From IMG/VR virus record IMGVR_UViG_3300005573_000060, positions 32,001-96,000 of that record: a stretch of DNA of 64,000 nucleotides. One strand, 5' to 3'. The notes beneath the pieces are model-generated. The model ran no database searches, was not told the origin of the DNA, and was given only the letters and a program-made list of their open reading frames with translations. Every line of letters starts with the position of its first letter. Within the stretch, counting starts at the first letter, position 1. Both the position numbers and the translations under genes were made by a program. This document shows positions 1 to 9,314 of the stretch, in pieces. The DNA is from a virus.

Positions 1-35
1 ATTTTCCTTAATATATATAATAAAAGGATTATTTT

Positions 36-191
36 ATGTGGGTAAAATCTAAAGAATTTAAAAAAAATACTTGGTTTATCGAATCAAGCATTATATGAAA
101 GACGTAAGAAAGGTTCATTAAAATATAAAATAGTTTGTTTATTTTTACTGGTTATAAAAAAATGTTACAAGAGCAAAATGAAAACGATTAA
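36..191 (+). pseudogene. Decayed IS607-like tnpA remnant (HTH N-terminus plus C-terminal tail)
   Basis: ATG at 36 after AAAGGA; removing one A from the A8 run (60-67) gives MWVKSKEFKKILGLSNQALYERRKKGSLKYKI, an HTH-like segment. Another frame ends GYKKMLQEQNEND* overlapping the tnpB start, like a tnpA tail. Confidence 0.45.
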
Positions 192-1476
192 ACTTCCATA
201 CAAATCATCTGAAGATTTAACACCTATACTTAAACAATATTCATCTGTTGTTAGGTATAGTTATAATCGTTTTCTTGAAAATAAAACAGAAAAAGAAGTT
301 AGATATTTAACTAAATCATTAAGTAACATTGATTTGTTAAACTCTTGGTTAATTCAATGCGCAATTAAAGACGCCAAAGCCATTCATATAAGATTTAAAG
401 ACGAAAAAGTTATATTTGGAGGAAAAAAGAATTTCATTGAAAGACTTAAGAACAAGATTTCTAATGAAGAATATCAACTTAAACGATTAAGTCCTATAAA
501 TATTCAAGGTGAAGAACTTAAACAAGGAAATCGTTCATTTAAGTTAGATATGATTGAAAACAACCAAATCATCTTTAAATTAAGTAGGAATAAACATATT
601 GAACTAAAATTGCCAAATTTAAGAAATAACATAGAGAATGAATTATTCAAGCTTCAACAACTTAATGAAGCTAAACATCAGAAAGGATGTACTTATTCAA
701 TTAGACTTGATTTAAAATATATCTATATAAGTTTTGAAGAATTTAAAAATGAAAAGGTCAGAAATTTAAATGAAAACAGATATTTAGGTATTGACTTAAA
801 TCCAGATACAATTGGAATTTCAATTTTAGATAATGGAAATGTTATCTATACTCAAGAATTTAGTTTGAAGCCTATTTTTAACAAAATTTTAAATGAAAAA
901 CTAAGTTCTAATTCAGATAGAATGAAATATTTTCAAAACAAATTAAAGTTTGAAACATTTGAGATAAGTAAATCTATTGCAAATCTAGCAAAATACTTTA
1001 ATTGTAAATCAGTTTTTATTGAAGATTTACATTTTAAACGCTCATCAACAATAAAAATATCAAATAGAAAAAACAAAAATCTTTGGAAAAGAGAATTGTT
1101 TATCAATAACTTAAATAAGAGATTAAACATAGAAGGAATTAAACTTTATTCAGTTAATCCAGCTTACTCAAGTTTCATTGGAAATTTACAACATAACTAT
1201 ACAGATGCAGTAAATGCTTCAATAGAGATTGCAAGAAGGAGCTTTGAATATAAAGTAAAGAAAAACAAGAAAGCATTCTACCCAGATCTGTTGGTAAAAC
1301 ACCAATGGAAGGAAATGGCTGCTAAATATAAAGATTGGAAAGAATTCTTTCTTGAAATAAAAAACTTGAAATTGAAATATCGAGTTTCATTAAATGAATG
1401 CTTTCATAAATTTAATGTTTTTCAGCAAAATTCAAGTCATAAAAGTATGGTTTTAAATTATGTTTTTTATGACTAA
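178..1476 (+). CDS. tnpB: TnpB-family RNA-guided RuvC protein lacking the zinc finger
   Basis: RuvC-I YLGIDLN, RuvC-II FIEDL, VNPAYSS, then TDAVNASIEIARR; no CxxC pairs between them. Confidence 0.8.
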   Translation: MKTIKLPYKSSEDLTPILKQYSSVVRYSYNRFLENKTEKEVRYLTKSLSNIDLLNSWLIQCAIKDAKAIHIRFKDEKVIFGGKKNFIERLKNKISNEEYQLKRLSPINIQGEELKQGNRSFKLDMIENNQIIFKLSRNKHIELKLPNLRNNIENELFKLQQLNEAKHQKGCTYSIRLDLKYIYISFEEFKNEKVRNLNENRYLGIDLNPDTIGISILDNGNVIYTQEFSLKPIFNKILNEKLSSNSDRMKYFQNKLKFETFEISKSIANLAKYFNCKSVFIEDLHFKRSSTIKISNRKNKNLWKRELFINNLNKRLNIEGIKLYSVNPAYSSFIGNLQHNYTDAVNASIEIARRSFEYKVKKNKKAFYPDLLVKHQWKEMAAKYKDWKEFFLEIKNLKLKYRVSLNECFHKFNVFQQNSSHKSMVLNYVFYD

Positions 1477-1549
1477 TTATTTAATTTATTGAATTTTGTA
1501 TTTTAACAGAAGAAAACAATAAATTGAAGATAAAATAGAGATTTAAAAT

Positions 1550-2149
1550 ATGAGTATTCTCAATAGTAAAGCTAATATGTATGTCATCTGGTTTCCCAGA
1601 GACTTTTTTTATCCTGAAGTTAGAGAAAGATGGACTCCAGTTGTAAAAAGATTAAAACTTCCGTATGATTCTCTAGAAGATTTTATAAATGCAACTGTTC
1701 AAAGTGTAACATTTCCAGAATTTTCTTTCTCAAATGTTTCTCAACCACAAACAATGTTTAATATAACATATAGAGGAGGAAAAGAGCTTGAGCCATCTGT
1801 AGAAAAAACTATTTCAGTTTCATTTAAACTAACTGAAGGTTTTATCTCATATTGGATGTTTTTTGATCAAATAGAGTTATATCGAAAGTATTCAGCAACA
1901 GTTCCATTTTGGCCTTCGATGTATATTAGTTTTCTTGATCATCATGGATTTGAGTTAATGGCGTTTGAATTCAAACAAATTGTTCCTACATCATTATCAC
2001 AATTAACTGTTGGATATTCTACAGTAGTTTCAGATTTTTCAACATTTTCTTTAGGCTTAAAATACAATAGATATAAAATAATAAGAAGACTAGATAAAAA
2101 TAATTATACAGTCGGAATTTCAAATTTAACCGGAGGTATTTTTGAGTAA
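1550..2149 (+). CDS. T4 gp19-like tail tube / tube-initiator family protein
   Basis: VQSVTFPE...TISVSF...YWMFF...LDHHG.ELMAFEFKQIVPTSLSQLTVGYS..FSTFSLGLKY pattern typical of myovirus tube-fold proteins. Confidence 0.55.
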   Translation: MSILNSKANMYVIWFPRDFFYPEVRERWTPVVKRLKLPYDSLEDFINATVQSVTFPEFSFSNVSQPQTMFNITYRGGKELEPSVEKTISVSFKLTEGFISYWMFFDQIELYRKYSATVPFWPSMYISFLDHHGFELMAFEFKQIVPTSLSQLTVGYSTVVSDFSTFSLGLKYNRYKIIRRLDKNNYTVGISNLTGGIFE

Positions 2150-2153
2150 AAAT

Positions 2154-2783
2154 TTATTTAAAAAGCTCTTTTTTTCTAAGTGTTTCTAGTGTCCAGAATG
2201 AATCTACTAAATCATCAATATGTATTATCCATTTTTTTGATCTAATAGTTTGAAATTTTTCTCTATAATTTTTTAGATTATTTTTAAATTCATTATCTAT
2301 ATCACTATTTATAAATTTTTCTATCATATCAAATTTTGTCATTCCTCTTTTTGAGCATTCAGCTACACTTTTTATTGTGATAGGAGAATAAGTGAACATA
2401 TGATTTAGAGGAATGTATTCTTTTAACTTTAGCATAAGAATATATTTATAACCACTTAATTGTAGTACCACGTCACCTGACGATGCATAAGATAAACCTT
2501 CGAATGCGAGATAAGTATTATTATTAATAAAATTTTTAAGTGACGAGATGATTAAATTTGAGAGATACTCAGCATTTTCTATTTCATATCTCATTTTTTC
2601 AGATATATTCTTATGTTCAACTTTTACATCTGTTCTATCCACAATTTTAACACCAGAATTTTTAAAAGTTTCTACTATTTCTGGGTTTAAACCATAAGGC
2701 CAACTTATAAAATGATAAGTATTATTCGAAAAAATGCAAGCTGCAGGTTTATTTATTGAAAAATCAATTCCTATAAGATTCAT
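2154..2783 (-). CDS. RuvC-like Holliday junction resolvase
   Basis: LIGIDFSINKPA, AFEGLSY, SPITIK, DDLVDSFW (RNase H-fold acidic residues). Confidence 0.75.
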   Translation of the reverse strand: MNLIGIDFSINKPAACIFSNNTYHFISWPYGLNPEIVETFKNSGVKIVDRTDVKVEHKNISEKMRYEIENAEYLSNLIISSLKNFINNNTYLAFEGLSYASSGDVVLQLSGYKYILMLKLKEYIPLNHMFTYSPITIKSVAECSKRGMTKFDMIEKFINSDIDNEFKNNLKNYREKFQTIRSKKWIIHIDDLVDSFWTLETLRKKELFK

Positions 2784-2791
2784 ATTTTATT

Positions 2792-3229
2792 TTATTCTGT
2801 AGTAAGACCATTAAATTTTTCTTTATCTGTTTCAGCATCTATTTTAGTTTTATGTATTGTTTTATCTTTATGATGAGGAGGTGCATATATAGTATAAAGT
2901 TTTAAATCACTTTTACCCGTGTTAATTATATTATGTTCTGAATCAGCGGGAACTATTATTCCACTGCCATCTTCAACATCATATTCATTATCATTTATAA
3001 TAACCTTTCCTTCACCATTTTCAAATCTAAAAAATTGATCATTATCATGAGTTTCAAGACCTATATCTTCTCCAGGTTTAAGACTCATTACAACTAATTG
3101 AAGATTTTTTCCAGTATATAGAACTTTTCTGAAAAAATCATTTTCTAGAGTTTCTTCTTCTATATTACTTTCAAAACCTCTTTTATGGGAATTTTCACTT
3201 TCATATAATTTTTCTTTAACCATTCTCAT
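2792..3229 (-). CDS. Cupin domain protein
   Basis: SLKPGEDIGLETH..DQFFRFENGEG and IIVPADSEHNIIN cupin motifs. Confidence 0.85.
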   Translation of the reverse strand: MRMVKEKLYESENSHKRGFESNIEEETLENDFFRKVLYTGKNLQLVVMSLKPGEDIGLETHDNDQFFRFENGEGKVIINDNEYDVEDGSGIIVPADSEHNIINTGKSDLKLYTIYAPPHHKDKTIHKTKIDAETDKEKFNGLTTE

Positions 3230-3246
3230 AAAACAAAAAATTTATT

Positions 3247-3942
3247 TTAATAATTTGCTCCTTTTATTGCTACACCAGACACAGCTGGATTTGCATTACT
3301 ATTAGGTTCACCAAATTCATTTTTAGTTTGTTTATTTGAAATATCTTCTACATTTGGTTGAATTAAACTTTCATTTTCTACTTTTTTTGTAACAACTCCT
3401 GCTGATTTAACATTTGTTGCATTTTGCATAGGAGCCATAGCAGAAAATCCTGTTCTTTCAGCCCAATAATCTTTTCCATAATTTATTGTAAGTTCTTCAC
3501 CGATATTAATAATTCTTGAAGCTATAAAATACATTTGTTTATTTTTAGGATTATAGGCGAATGTTATATTTGGATTATAACTATGAGAATATAAAGATCC
3601 ATATCCTAAAACAACGCCATAAATGCCCTTTTCTTTGTCTATTTCAAATATTATATCATTTAATTTTGAAATAGTTTTCGCTTCTTCTCCAACAAAAATA
3701 ATGGGGCATATTTCTACAATTTCTCCTTTTGCAAATTGAGTTTTAGCTAAAACTGTATATGCGCCATTAGCTTTCTTAGAGTATTCAACTCTATTAATAT
3801 TAAATATTTCTTTTCTTAATTTTAAAATTCCCCCTTTATCTGCTATATGTGAAGGCTTTTTTTCAATTGGATTATTTTCCTCAAATGGATTATAAAAGTC
3901 TTCATTTAAATATTCATCTAAAGATTTAATTCTGTGTTTCAT
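3247..3942 (-). CDS. SET-domain methyltransferase
   Basis: GAYTVLAKTQFAKGEIV, SLYSHSYNPN (NHS-like), GEELTINYG SET signatures. Confidence 0.8.
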   Translation of the reverse strand: MKHRIKSLDEYLNEDFYNPFEENNPIEKKPSHIADKGGILKLRKEIFNINRVEYSKKANGAYTVLAKTQFAKGEIVEICPIIFVGEEAKTISKLNDIIFEIDKEKGIYGVVLGYGSLYSHSYNPNITFAYNPKNKQMYFIASRIINIGEELTINYGKDYWAERTGFSAMAPMQNATNVKSAGVVTKKVENESLIQPNVEDISNKQTKNEFGEPNSNANPAVSGVAIKGANY

Positions 3943-4519
3943 TGTTTTGAATATAATTTTTAAAAGATTCGAAAGTATATTTAGGCAATTTTATCACTTT
4001 TCCCCTTAAGGCTTCATATATTTTCTTAAATTCATTTAAACTCATTGTTCCAGTTGAAATTCTCTTTATCTGATTAATATATTGTTTAATATTATCTGGA
4101 TGCAATAAAACTGATGCAAATTTTGTACAATATTCATCTAAATCATTTGCGTATCTATTATAATCATATTCATCAATTTTCATTGATTCAAAATATTTTT
4201 TTACTGAATGTACAACAGACCTAAAATATTTTTTCCCTAAAAAATATTTTTCAAAATAATCTGCTGCTTCATACATAAAATCTAAATTACGTTGTATTTT
4301 TTCTATATCTTCTTGAGAATATGTTTGAGTTAAATCACTTATATCAATTTTGTTTAATTTATTAAATAAAACATTAACATCATCTAATGCTCTATTTGCG
4401 TATGTATCAACATTTTCTTCTTCAATAGATCCGCTTTCAAATTTATTAAATAGATCATCAATGCTATGATATAAAAATTTTGCCTGTTTATAGTATTCTT
4501 TAATAACTTTTATATTCAT
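3926..4519 (-). CDS. Hypothetical protein
   Basis: 197-aa ORF co-oriented and overlapping with the SET gene. Confidence 0.6.
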   Translation of the reverse strand: MNIKVIKEYYKQAKFLYHSIDDLFNKFESGSIEEENVDTYANRALDDVNVLFNKLNKIDISDLTQTYSQEDIEKIQRNLDFMYEAADYFEKYFLGKKYFRSVVHSVKKYFESMKIDEYDYNRYANDLDEYCTKFASVLLHPDNIKQYINQIKRISTGTMSLNEFKKIYEALRGKVIKLPKYTFESFKNYIQNNETQN

Positions 4520-4575
4520 TTTTTTGTATAATTATTTTTTAGCGGTTTTTAGTAGTTTTTACTCTTCTCTTTCAG

Positions 4576-5529
4576 TTACTCTTCTCTTTCAGCAGTTTTT
4601 TCAGTTTTTTCTGATTCAGTTGATTCTGATTCAGACATTTTTTGTATGTCCTCTGTCATTTCATCAATAAAGCTCTTTTTATCTTGATTTAATCTATTAA
4701 GATTCAATATATCACTTTTAGCAATAGTAGAATTCTTCCATAACTTTTGTAATAATATATTCTTTTTTAAAGCATTTTGCATATTATTAGATATACTATC
4801 TTGAAGATATTTAAGTAAATTAACTTTTAACTGTGTTTTTAATACTATCCAATAACTTTTAATGTTTATTTTATTTGTAGGAGTTAATTTACTTTTTTCA
4901 ATTTTTAGATTTACTTTTTCTGTTACATTTTCCAGATATTCATTAATTCCTTCTTTTATTGTATCATATTCTTCATTAATTGCATCTTTTACATTTTTTA
5001 TTTTTTCCTCAAAACTTTTCATTATTTGTTTTAAATCTGAATCACTAAGTTTTACATCTGTATCTGTGTTCATATTTTTGTTTGTCTTAGTATTCTGCGG
5101 GTTTGTTTGAGCATTTTGAGGATTTGTCTTAGTATTCTGCGGGTTTGTTTGAGCATTTTGAGGATTTGTCTTATCATCTTCATTTAAGCTTTCATTAGCT
5201 TTAAGCTTATTTTGTTTAAATTCTCCTATAGTTTTTGATAATTCAGCTAATACTTTATATTCATTTTGTATAATAGATGGTAAATGTTTTTCTATGATAT
5301 TTTTAATTGTATCTTCTTGCGCTTTTTTAGCTATTGAAGTAAACTTTTTTCTAAGAATGGCAAATCTTGGTCTATATATAAAACTTAATACATCTTTAGG
5401 ATTTTTAATCTTAATATCATCCGGCGATTTTTCATCATCCGCTTCATTTATAAACATAAGTTCATCAAATAAATCTTTTCCGTTAGATTCATAGATTTCA
5501 CATAATTGAAGATATTCACTGTATTTCAT
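4576..5529 (-). CDS. Hypothetical coiled-coil protein, possibly internal head protein
   Basis: 317-aa ORF with INEA/LNED motifs and a TNPQN repeat; TATATAAAAA-type element upstream. Confidence 0.6.
   Translation of the reverse strand: MKYSEYLQLCEIYESNGKDLFDELMFINEADDEKSPDDIKIKNPKDVLSFIYRPRFAILRKKFTSIAKKAQEDTIKNIIEKHLPSIIQNEYKVLAELSKTIGEFKQNKLKANESLNEDDKTNPQNAQTNPQNTKTNPQNAQTNPQNTKTNKNMNTDTDVKLSDSDLKQIMKSFEEKIKNVKDAINEEYDTIKEGINEYLENVTEKVNLKIEKSKLTPTNKINIKSYWIVLKTQLKVNLLKYLQDSISNNMQNALKKNILLQKLWKNSTIAKSDILNLNRLNQDKKSFIDEMTEDIQKMSESESTESEKTEKTAEREE
5081..5173. repeat. 42-bp tandem repeat (about 2.2 copies) encoding TNPQNAQTNPQNTK
   Basis: tttgtcttagtattctgcgggtttgtttgagcattttgagga at 5081 and 5123, partial at 5165. 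Confidence 0.9.
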
Positions 5530-5597
5530 AATAAAAATATTTATTTTTATATATATTTATGAGAAAAAAATAAATATATAAAATAAAAATAATTATT

Positions 5598-6551
5598 ATG
5601 AGAAGATATATCGCTGAATCTTTAGATCAATATTACAAAAAAGATTTTTTGTTTGAAGATAAAAAAGAAGAAGATGAAAAGAAGAAACTTAAAGAAATTG
5701 AAAAGGACGGTCTTGAAGTAATAGAAAAAGTTAAGAAAAACTTTGAAAAATTTAAAAAAGAATCAAAGGGAAAAATTTCTGAATATAAACAATTTTGGAA
5801 TGAACAAGAAAAAATAAAAGCATCTTTTTCTAAATCTGATATTATTTATAAATTTTATGATAATGATTTTGCCGTGGGTGTTATAAATCTTCCTGTTGAA
5901 AAAAATTCAGATGAGCCTTTTTTAAGTAAGCTTGGAGCATCTGAAGATACAGATGAATTAAAAGTTCCAGATATTGAAGAAATAAAAGAAAGTTTAAAAG
6001 TAGAAAAATCAAAAATGTTAAAAGAAGATGATAATGATGATTTTAACATAAATTTAAATGATTTGAGCTTAAATGATAATAAAGAAAAAGAAACAGATGA
6101 AGAGAATCTAAAAAAAGAAGAGCCAAAAGAAGAAAATAAAGAGGGCGCAACAGAAGAACCTAAAGATGAGCATAATACAGATGAGTTAACTACAGAGCCA
6201 GAATCTGAACCTGAATCTGAACCTGAGTCTAAACTTACATCTGAGCCTGAAGATTCAAACGAACAAAAATATTTTGTTGTTTATAGTATATCTGATGATG
6301 AAAGAGAAGAAATTTTTAGATGTGGATCAAATAATGTAGTTAAAGCTTTCAAAGAATTCTATAATGATGTGTTTAAAGCTTCTATGAAAAATGCTCTTGC
6401 CAAATATAAAGAAATAAAACAAAAAGAGAAAGAAGAAGCCGAGAAAGCTGAAAAGAAGAAACTAGAGAAACAAAAAGAATCAAAATTTAAAAAGTTCTTA
6501 GAAGAATCTGTGCTATCTTATATAGAAGCTACTCATAGTTTAAATGATTAA
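5598..6551 (+). CDS. Acidic/charged hypothetical protein, possibly internal head protein
   Basis: 317-aa E/K-rich ORF with PESE repeats; TATATAAAATA upstream. Confidence 0.6.
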   Translation: MRRYIAESLDQYYKKDFLFEDKKEEDEKKKLKEIEKDGLEVIEKVKKNFEKFKKESKGKISEYKQFWNEQEKIKASFSKSDIIYKFYDNDFAVGVINLPVEKNSDEPFLSKLGASEDTDELKVPDIEEIKESLKVEKSKMLKEDDNDDFNINLNDLSLNDNKEKETDEENLKKEEPKEENKEGATEEPKDEHNTDELTTEPESEPESEPESKLTSEPEDSNEQKYFVVYSISDDEREEIFRCGSNNVVKAFKEFYNDVFKASMKNALAKYKEIKQKEKEEAEKAEKKKLEKQKESKFKKFLEESVLSYIEATHSLND

Positions 6552-6570
6552 ATTTTATGTAAATAAATAG

Positions 6571-6598
6571 AAAGGAGAATCTTGAGATTCTCCTTTTT
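6571..6598 (+). terminator. Intrinsic terminator
   Basis: aaaggagaatc-ttga-gattctcctttt hairpin after the 5598-6551 gene. Confidence 0.8.
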
Positions 6599-6608
6599 GC
6601 GTAAAAAT

Positions 6609-6664
6609 TTAACATAACTTTAACAAAAAAATATTTTTTTATATCACAAAAATGATTATTTTTA
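6609..6664 (+). promoter_or_regulatory. Early-type promoter with TTAACA-N5-TTAACA box
   Basis: TTAACA at 6609 and 6620; TATTTTTA (TAnnTTTA) at 6657-6664 before the 6681 gene. Confidence 0.55.
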
Positions 6665-6680
6665 TATAAAATTTACATTT

Positions 6681-7061
6681 ATGAATACAAAGGAAAAAAT
6701 CATTGAATTATCAAATGAACGTTACAAATTGATGGATAGTTTTTATGATAGTGACTATGATACTTATCCTCAAAATATAGAAGAGAAAATAAATGAACTT
6801 TCTAAAAAAATTCTTACACTACTTAAAGAAAATATAGATTCTCTAGATTTTGAATTTATGATGGTTCAATTAACAGAAATTGGAGATTGCCCAAGTCTAA
6901 TTTATGATGATAATGGTCACTGGGCTATATCTTATCCATATTTTTCAAATGTTTCAGGTGAGGATAAACCTATCAACACTGATATGGCCTTTTATATAAA
7001 AGAGGATAGTTGGAAAGATTCTCCTAAGGAAGCTTTAAAATTTTACTTACATAAAGATTAA
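6681..7061 (+). CDS. Hypothetical protein
   Basis: 126-aa ORF, first gene of a long + strand run. Confidence 0.6.
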   Translation: MNTKEKIIELSNERYKLMDSFYDSDYDTYPQNIEEKINELSKKILTLLKENIDSLDFEFMMVQLTEIGDCPSLIYDDNGHWAISYPYFSNVSGEDKPINTDMAFYIKEDSWKDSPKEALKFYLHKD

Positions 7062-7066
7062 AAAAT

Positions 7067-8008
7067 ATGGTTACTCTTGTAACATCTCATCAGTTTGAGA
7101 TATTTAAACTTTTTTATGAGCATAAATTTCATAAAAAACTTATTGAAAATCTTATTCTATATGTTGATAAAGAAGATGAAAAAGATATAAATGAGTATAA
7201 ATCTATTATAGATTTATCTAAAACGAGAATATTCACAAGAAAAGATATTATTCAATATTATGGAGATTACTATCTTCCAAATTGCCCTTATAATAAAAAG
7301 ATGTATTTTTTAAACATGTTGGCAGAAATGCATCTCATTGATGATGATTTTTATATGACTGATGATGATATTTTGATATATGATGAATCCTTTTATGATA
7401 TAATGAAAGAATCAAAAATAGTTTATGATAAAGATACATGGCCTAAAATAGAAAATTATAAAAATAAGTGGCCAAATGTTTATAAGTGGTATAATGATAA
7501 TAGAGAAGGAGATCCCATATTCATGAGAGCGACTAATTTTTATGTGCCAAAGATTTATGCTCAAGATGTAATGAATATGTTTGCCAAAAAGTTTTTCTCG
7601 TTTATTAGATTACTTAAAAATGAATCTGATTTTATTGATAAATTAAATAGTAGAGCTAAATCTAACAGAGGTTGTGATTTTTGTGTATTTTATCTTGAAG
7701 TTCCATTTTTTGATGATGTTTTTGCTTCTTTAGATAAAAGTTATTTTACTAGAGCTCCTATATATTGTGTGTCTATAACTGAACTTGCAAGAATTAGAGA
7801 TAAATTTAAGACAAATGACATAAAATTTATTCTAGAGAAATATTTGAAAAAATCTAAATATCCTAAAAGGCAGCCTCTATTACACTTTAATATAGGAAAT
7901 AAAAAACCGTTTATGAGTGAAACTTTTAATTTTATCAATAATAGAAATATAAATTATGATGATATAAATGAGCTTCTTAAGCATTATAGCATTCGAAATA
8001 AACATTAA
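7067..8008 (+). CDS. Putative GT-A fold glycosyltransferase
   Basis: FYMTDDDILI DxD-like motif; glycosyltransferase gene context. Confidence 0.45.
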   Translation: MVTLVTSHQFEIFKLFYEHKFHKKLIENLILYVDKEDEKDINEYKSIIDLSKTRIFTRKDIIQYYGDYYLPNCPYNKKMYFLNMLAEMHLIDDDFYMTDDDILIYDESFYDIMKESKIVYDKDTWPKIENYKNKWPNVYKWYNDNREGDPIFMRATNFYVPKIYAQDVMNMFAKKFFSFIRLLKNESDFIDKLNSRAKSNRGCDFCVFYLEVPFFDDVFASLDKSYFTRAPIYCVSITELARIRDKFKTNDIKFILEKYLKKSKYPKRQPLLHFNIGNKKPFMSETFNFINNRNINYDDINELLKHYSIRNKH

Positions 8009-8037
8009 TCTTTATTTAACAATAAAAGAATAAAATT

Positions 8038-9291
8038 ATGAAAATAGCAATGGTTGTTGGCCGCGGCTTCGAAGGCGCCGGAATTCAAATGTACATTAGT
8101 CAATTAACAAAGTATTTAAAGAAAAATGATATAGAGTATTCAGTTTTTGTAGTTGATGATAAAAAGTGGGGTAGAGAAAACATGCAAGAAAAACCTGAAC
8201 ATTCTTTTATTACAAAAGATAACATTGAAACTTTTGCAGATACATTAAATAAATTTGATTATGTTTTTATACACTCTGTCCCATCCATTAAACATTCAGA
8301 TTGGGCTCAAAGGGGATTTCTAGAATTAGTTAAAAAAATAGAAACTAAGAAAATTATTTTTCAAAATGACCATAAGTTACAATCTATACATAGAAACGCA
8401 AATTTTTTAGAAATTTGCAATCTTTGTGATGGAATAGTATCTCATAGTATAACATCACCATTTTATAAGAAATTAGTAGAAACATTTGGAGGCCAAATTA
8501 AATCAAAATTTATTCAATTACACGTAGGTTTTAATTTCGAACCTTTATATAAATATAGAAAAGATAACCATTGGAAAAAGATAACATATCTTGGAAGATA
8601 TGCTACATTTAAACAACCAGATAGACTTTTTGCATTTTTGCCGTATGCAGCTAAAAACAATATTCTTCTTGAAATGAAGGGAGTCGAAAGATCTCTTGGT
8701 GCTCTTCCTATTTTTTATGAATTCGAAGGTAAAAAAATGACAAAAATTCCAAGAAAAGATATCGTAGAATGTAGTTCTAAAGCTATTTTGAATGGTCTTA
8801 TTGTAGATAACGATAAAAGAGATTTAAATAAAATTTATGTTTTTGGACCATATGAACATGAAGAGGCAATGGAAACATTAAGTTCATCTTTAGTTGGTGC
8901 AGATTTTTATCATCTTAGCGCAGATTCTTATGGAGATAATTTTGAGTATGCACAATGCGAAATAGTTGGTGTTGGAACAGTTCCAATGTTTGATTATCAT
9001 TGGGCAGAAAATTGCTGGGTATATGATAAAAATGGAAATAAAACAAATAAAAGATTCATCGATTTAGATGAATATGGTTTATTTGTAAAGAAAGATTTAA
9101 GTAATGTAGAAGAGATAGTAAATAAAATAAATGAAATTTACTCTAATAAAAATTTACATAAAAAATATCTTGAACACAGTCTTCAAGTTACTAAAGATCA
9201 TTGCGATAGTAATTGGATATTTAATAAACTTATAGAAGATATTCAAAAAATAGAATATAAAAATGAAATTAAATCTAAATCTTTATTTTAA
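8038..9291 (+). CDS. agt: T4-type DNA alpha-glucosyltransferase homolog (GT-B)
   Basis: Colinear motifs with T4 Agt as I recall it: RGFEGAG/RGLEGCG, HSVPS/NSVPA, QNDHKLQSIHRN/QHDHSVLSLRRN, SHS, GRYATFK/GRTTTWK, KGVERS/EGLERS, EYAQCEIVGVGTVPMF/EYTHLELGACGTIPVF. Confidence 0.8.
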   Translation: MKIAMVVGRGFEGAGIQMYISQLTKYLKKNDIEYSVFVVDDKKWGRENMQEKPEHSFITKDNIETFADTLNKFDYVFIHSVPSIKHSDWAQRGFLELVKKIETKKIIFQNDHKLQSIHRNANFLEICNLCDGIVSHSITSPFYKKLVETFGGQIKSKFIQLHVGFNFEPLYKYRKDNHWKKITYLGRYATFKQPDRLFAFLPYAAKNNILLEMKGVERSLGALPIFYEFEGKKMTKIPRKDIVECSSKAILNGLIVDNDKRDLNKIYVFGPYEHEEAMETLSSSLVGADFYHLSADSYGDNFEYAQCEIVGVGTVPMFDYHWAENCWVYDKNGNKTNKRFIDLDEYGLFVKKDLSNVEEIVNKINEIYSNKNLHKKYLEHSLQVTKDHCDSNWIFNKLIEDIQKIEYKNEIKSKSLF

Positions 9292-9314
9292 ATTTTTATC
9301 AAAATTTTTTAATT

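Larger units (their letters stand above)
1..1507 (+). mobile_element. Non-autonomous TnpB-encoding insertion sequence, copy 1 (IS607/IS200-IS605-like)
   Basis: Shares ATTTTCYTTAATATATAT (1-18 vs 27303-27320), the tnpB ORF and an identical 31-nt post-stop tail ending TTTTAAC (1477-1507 vs 28670-28700) with copy 2; sequences diverge right after. The left end may lie outside the window. Confidence 0.7.

Noticed and set aside
871-900. TTAACA-N5-TTAAAT inside both tnpB genes
   Set aside because: Imperfect second half-site, within coding sequence, no adjacent promoter; not counted as a regulatory box
178-1530. TnpB copies as Cas12/CRISPR effectors
   Set aside because: No repeat-spacer array or cas1/cas2 seen near either copy or elsewhere in the window; IS-like ends explain them
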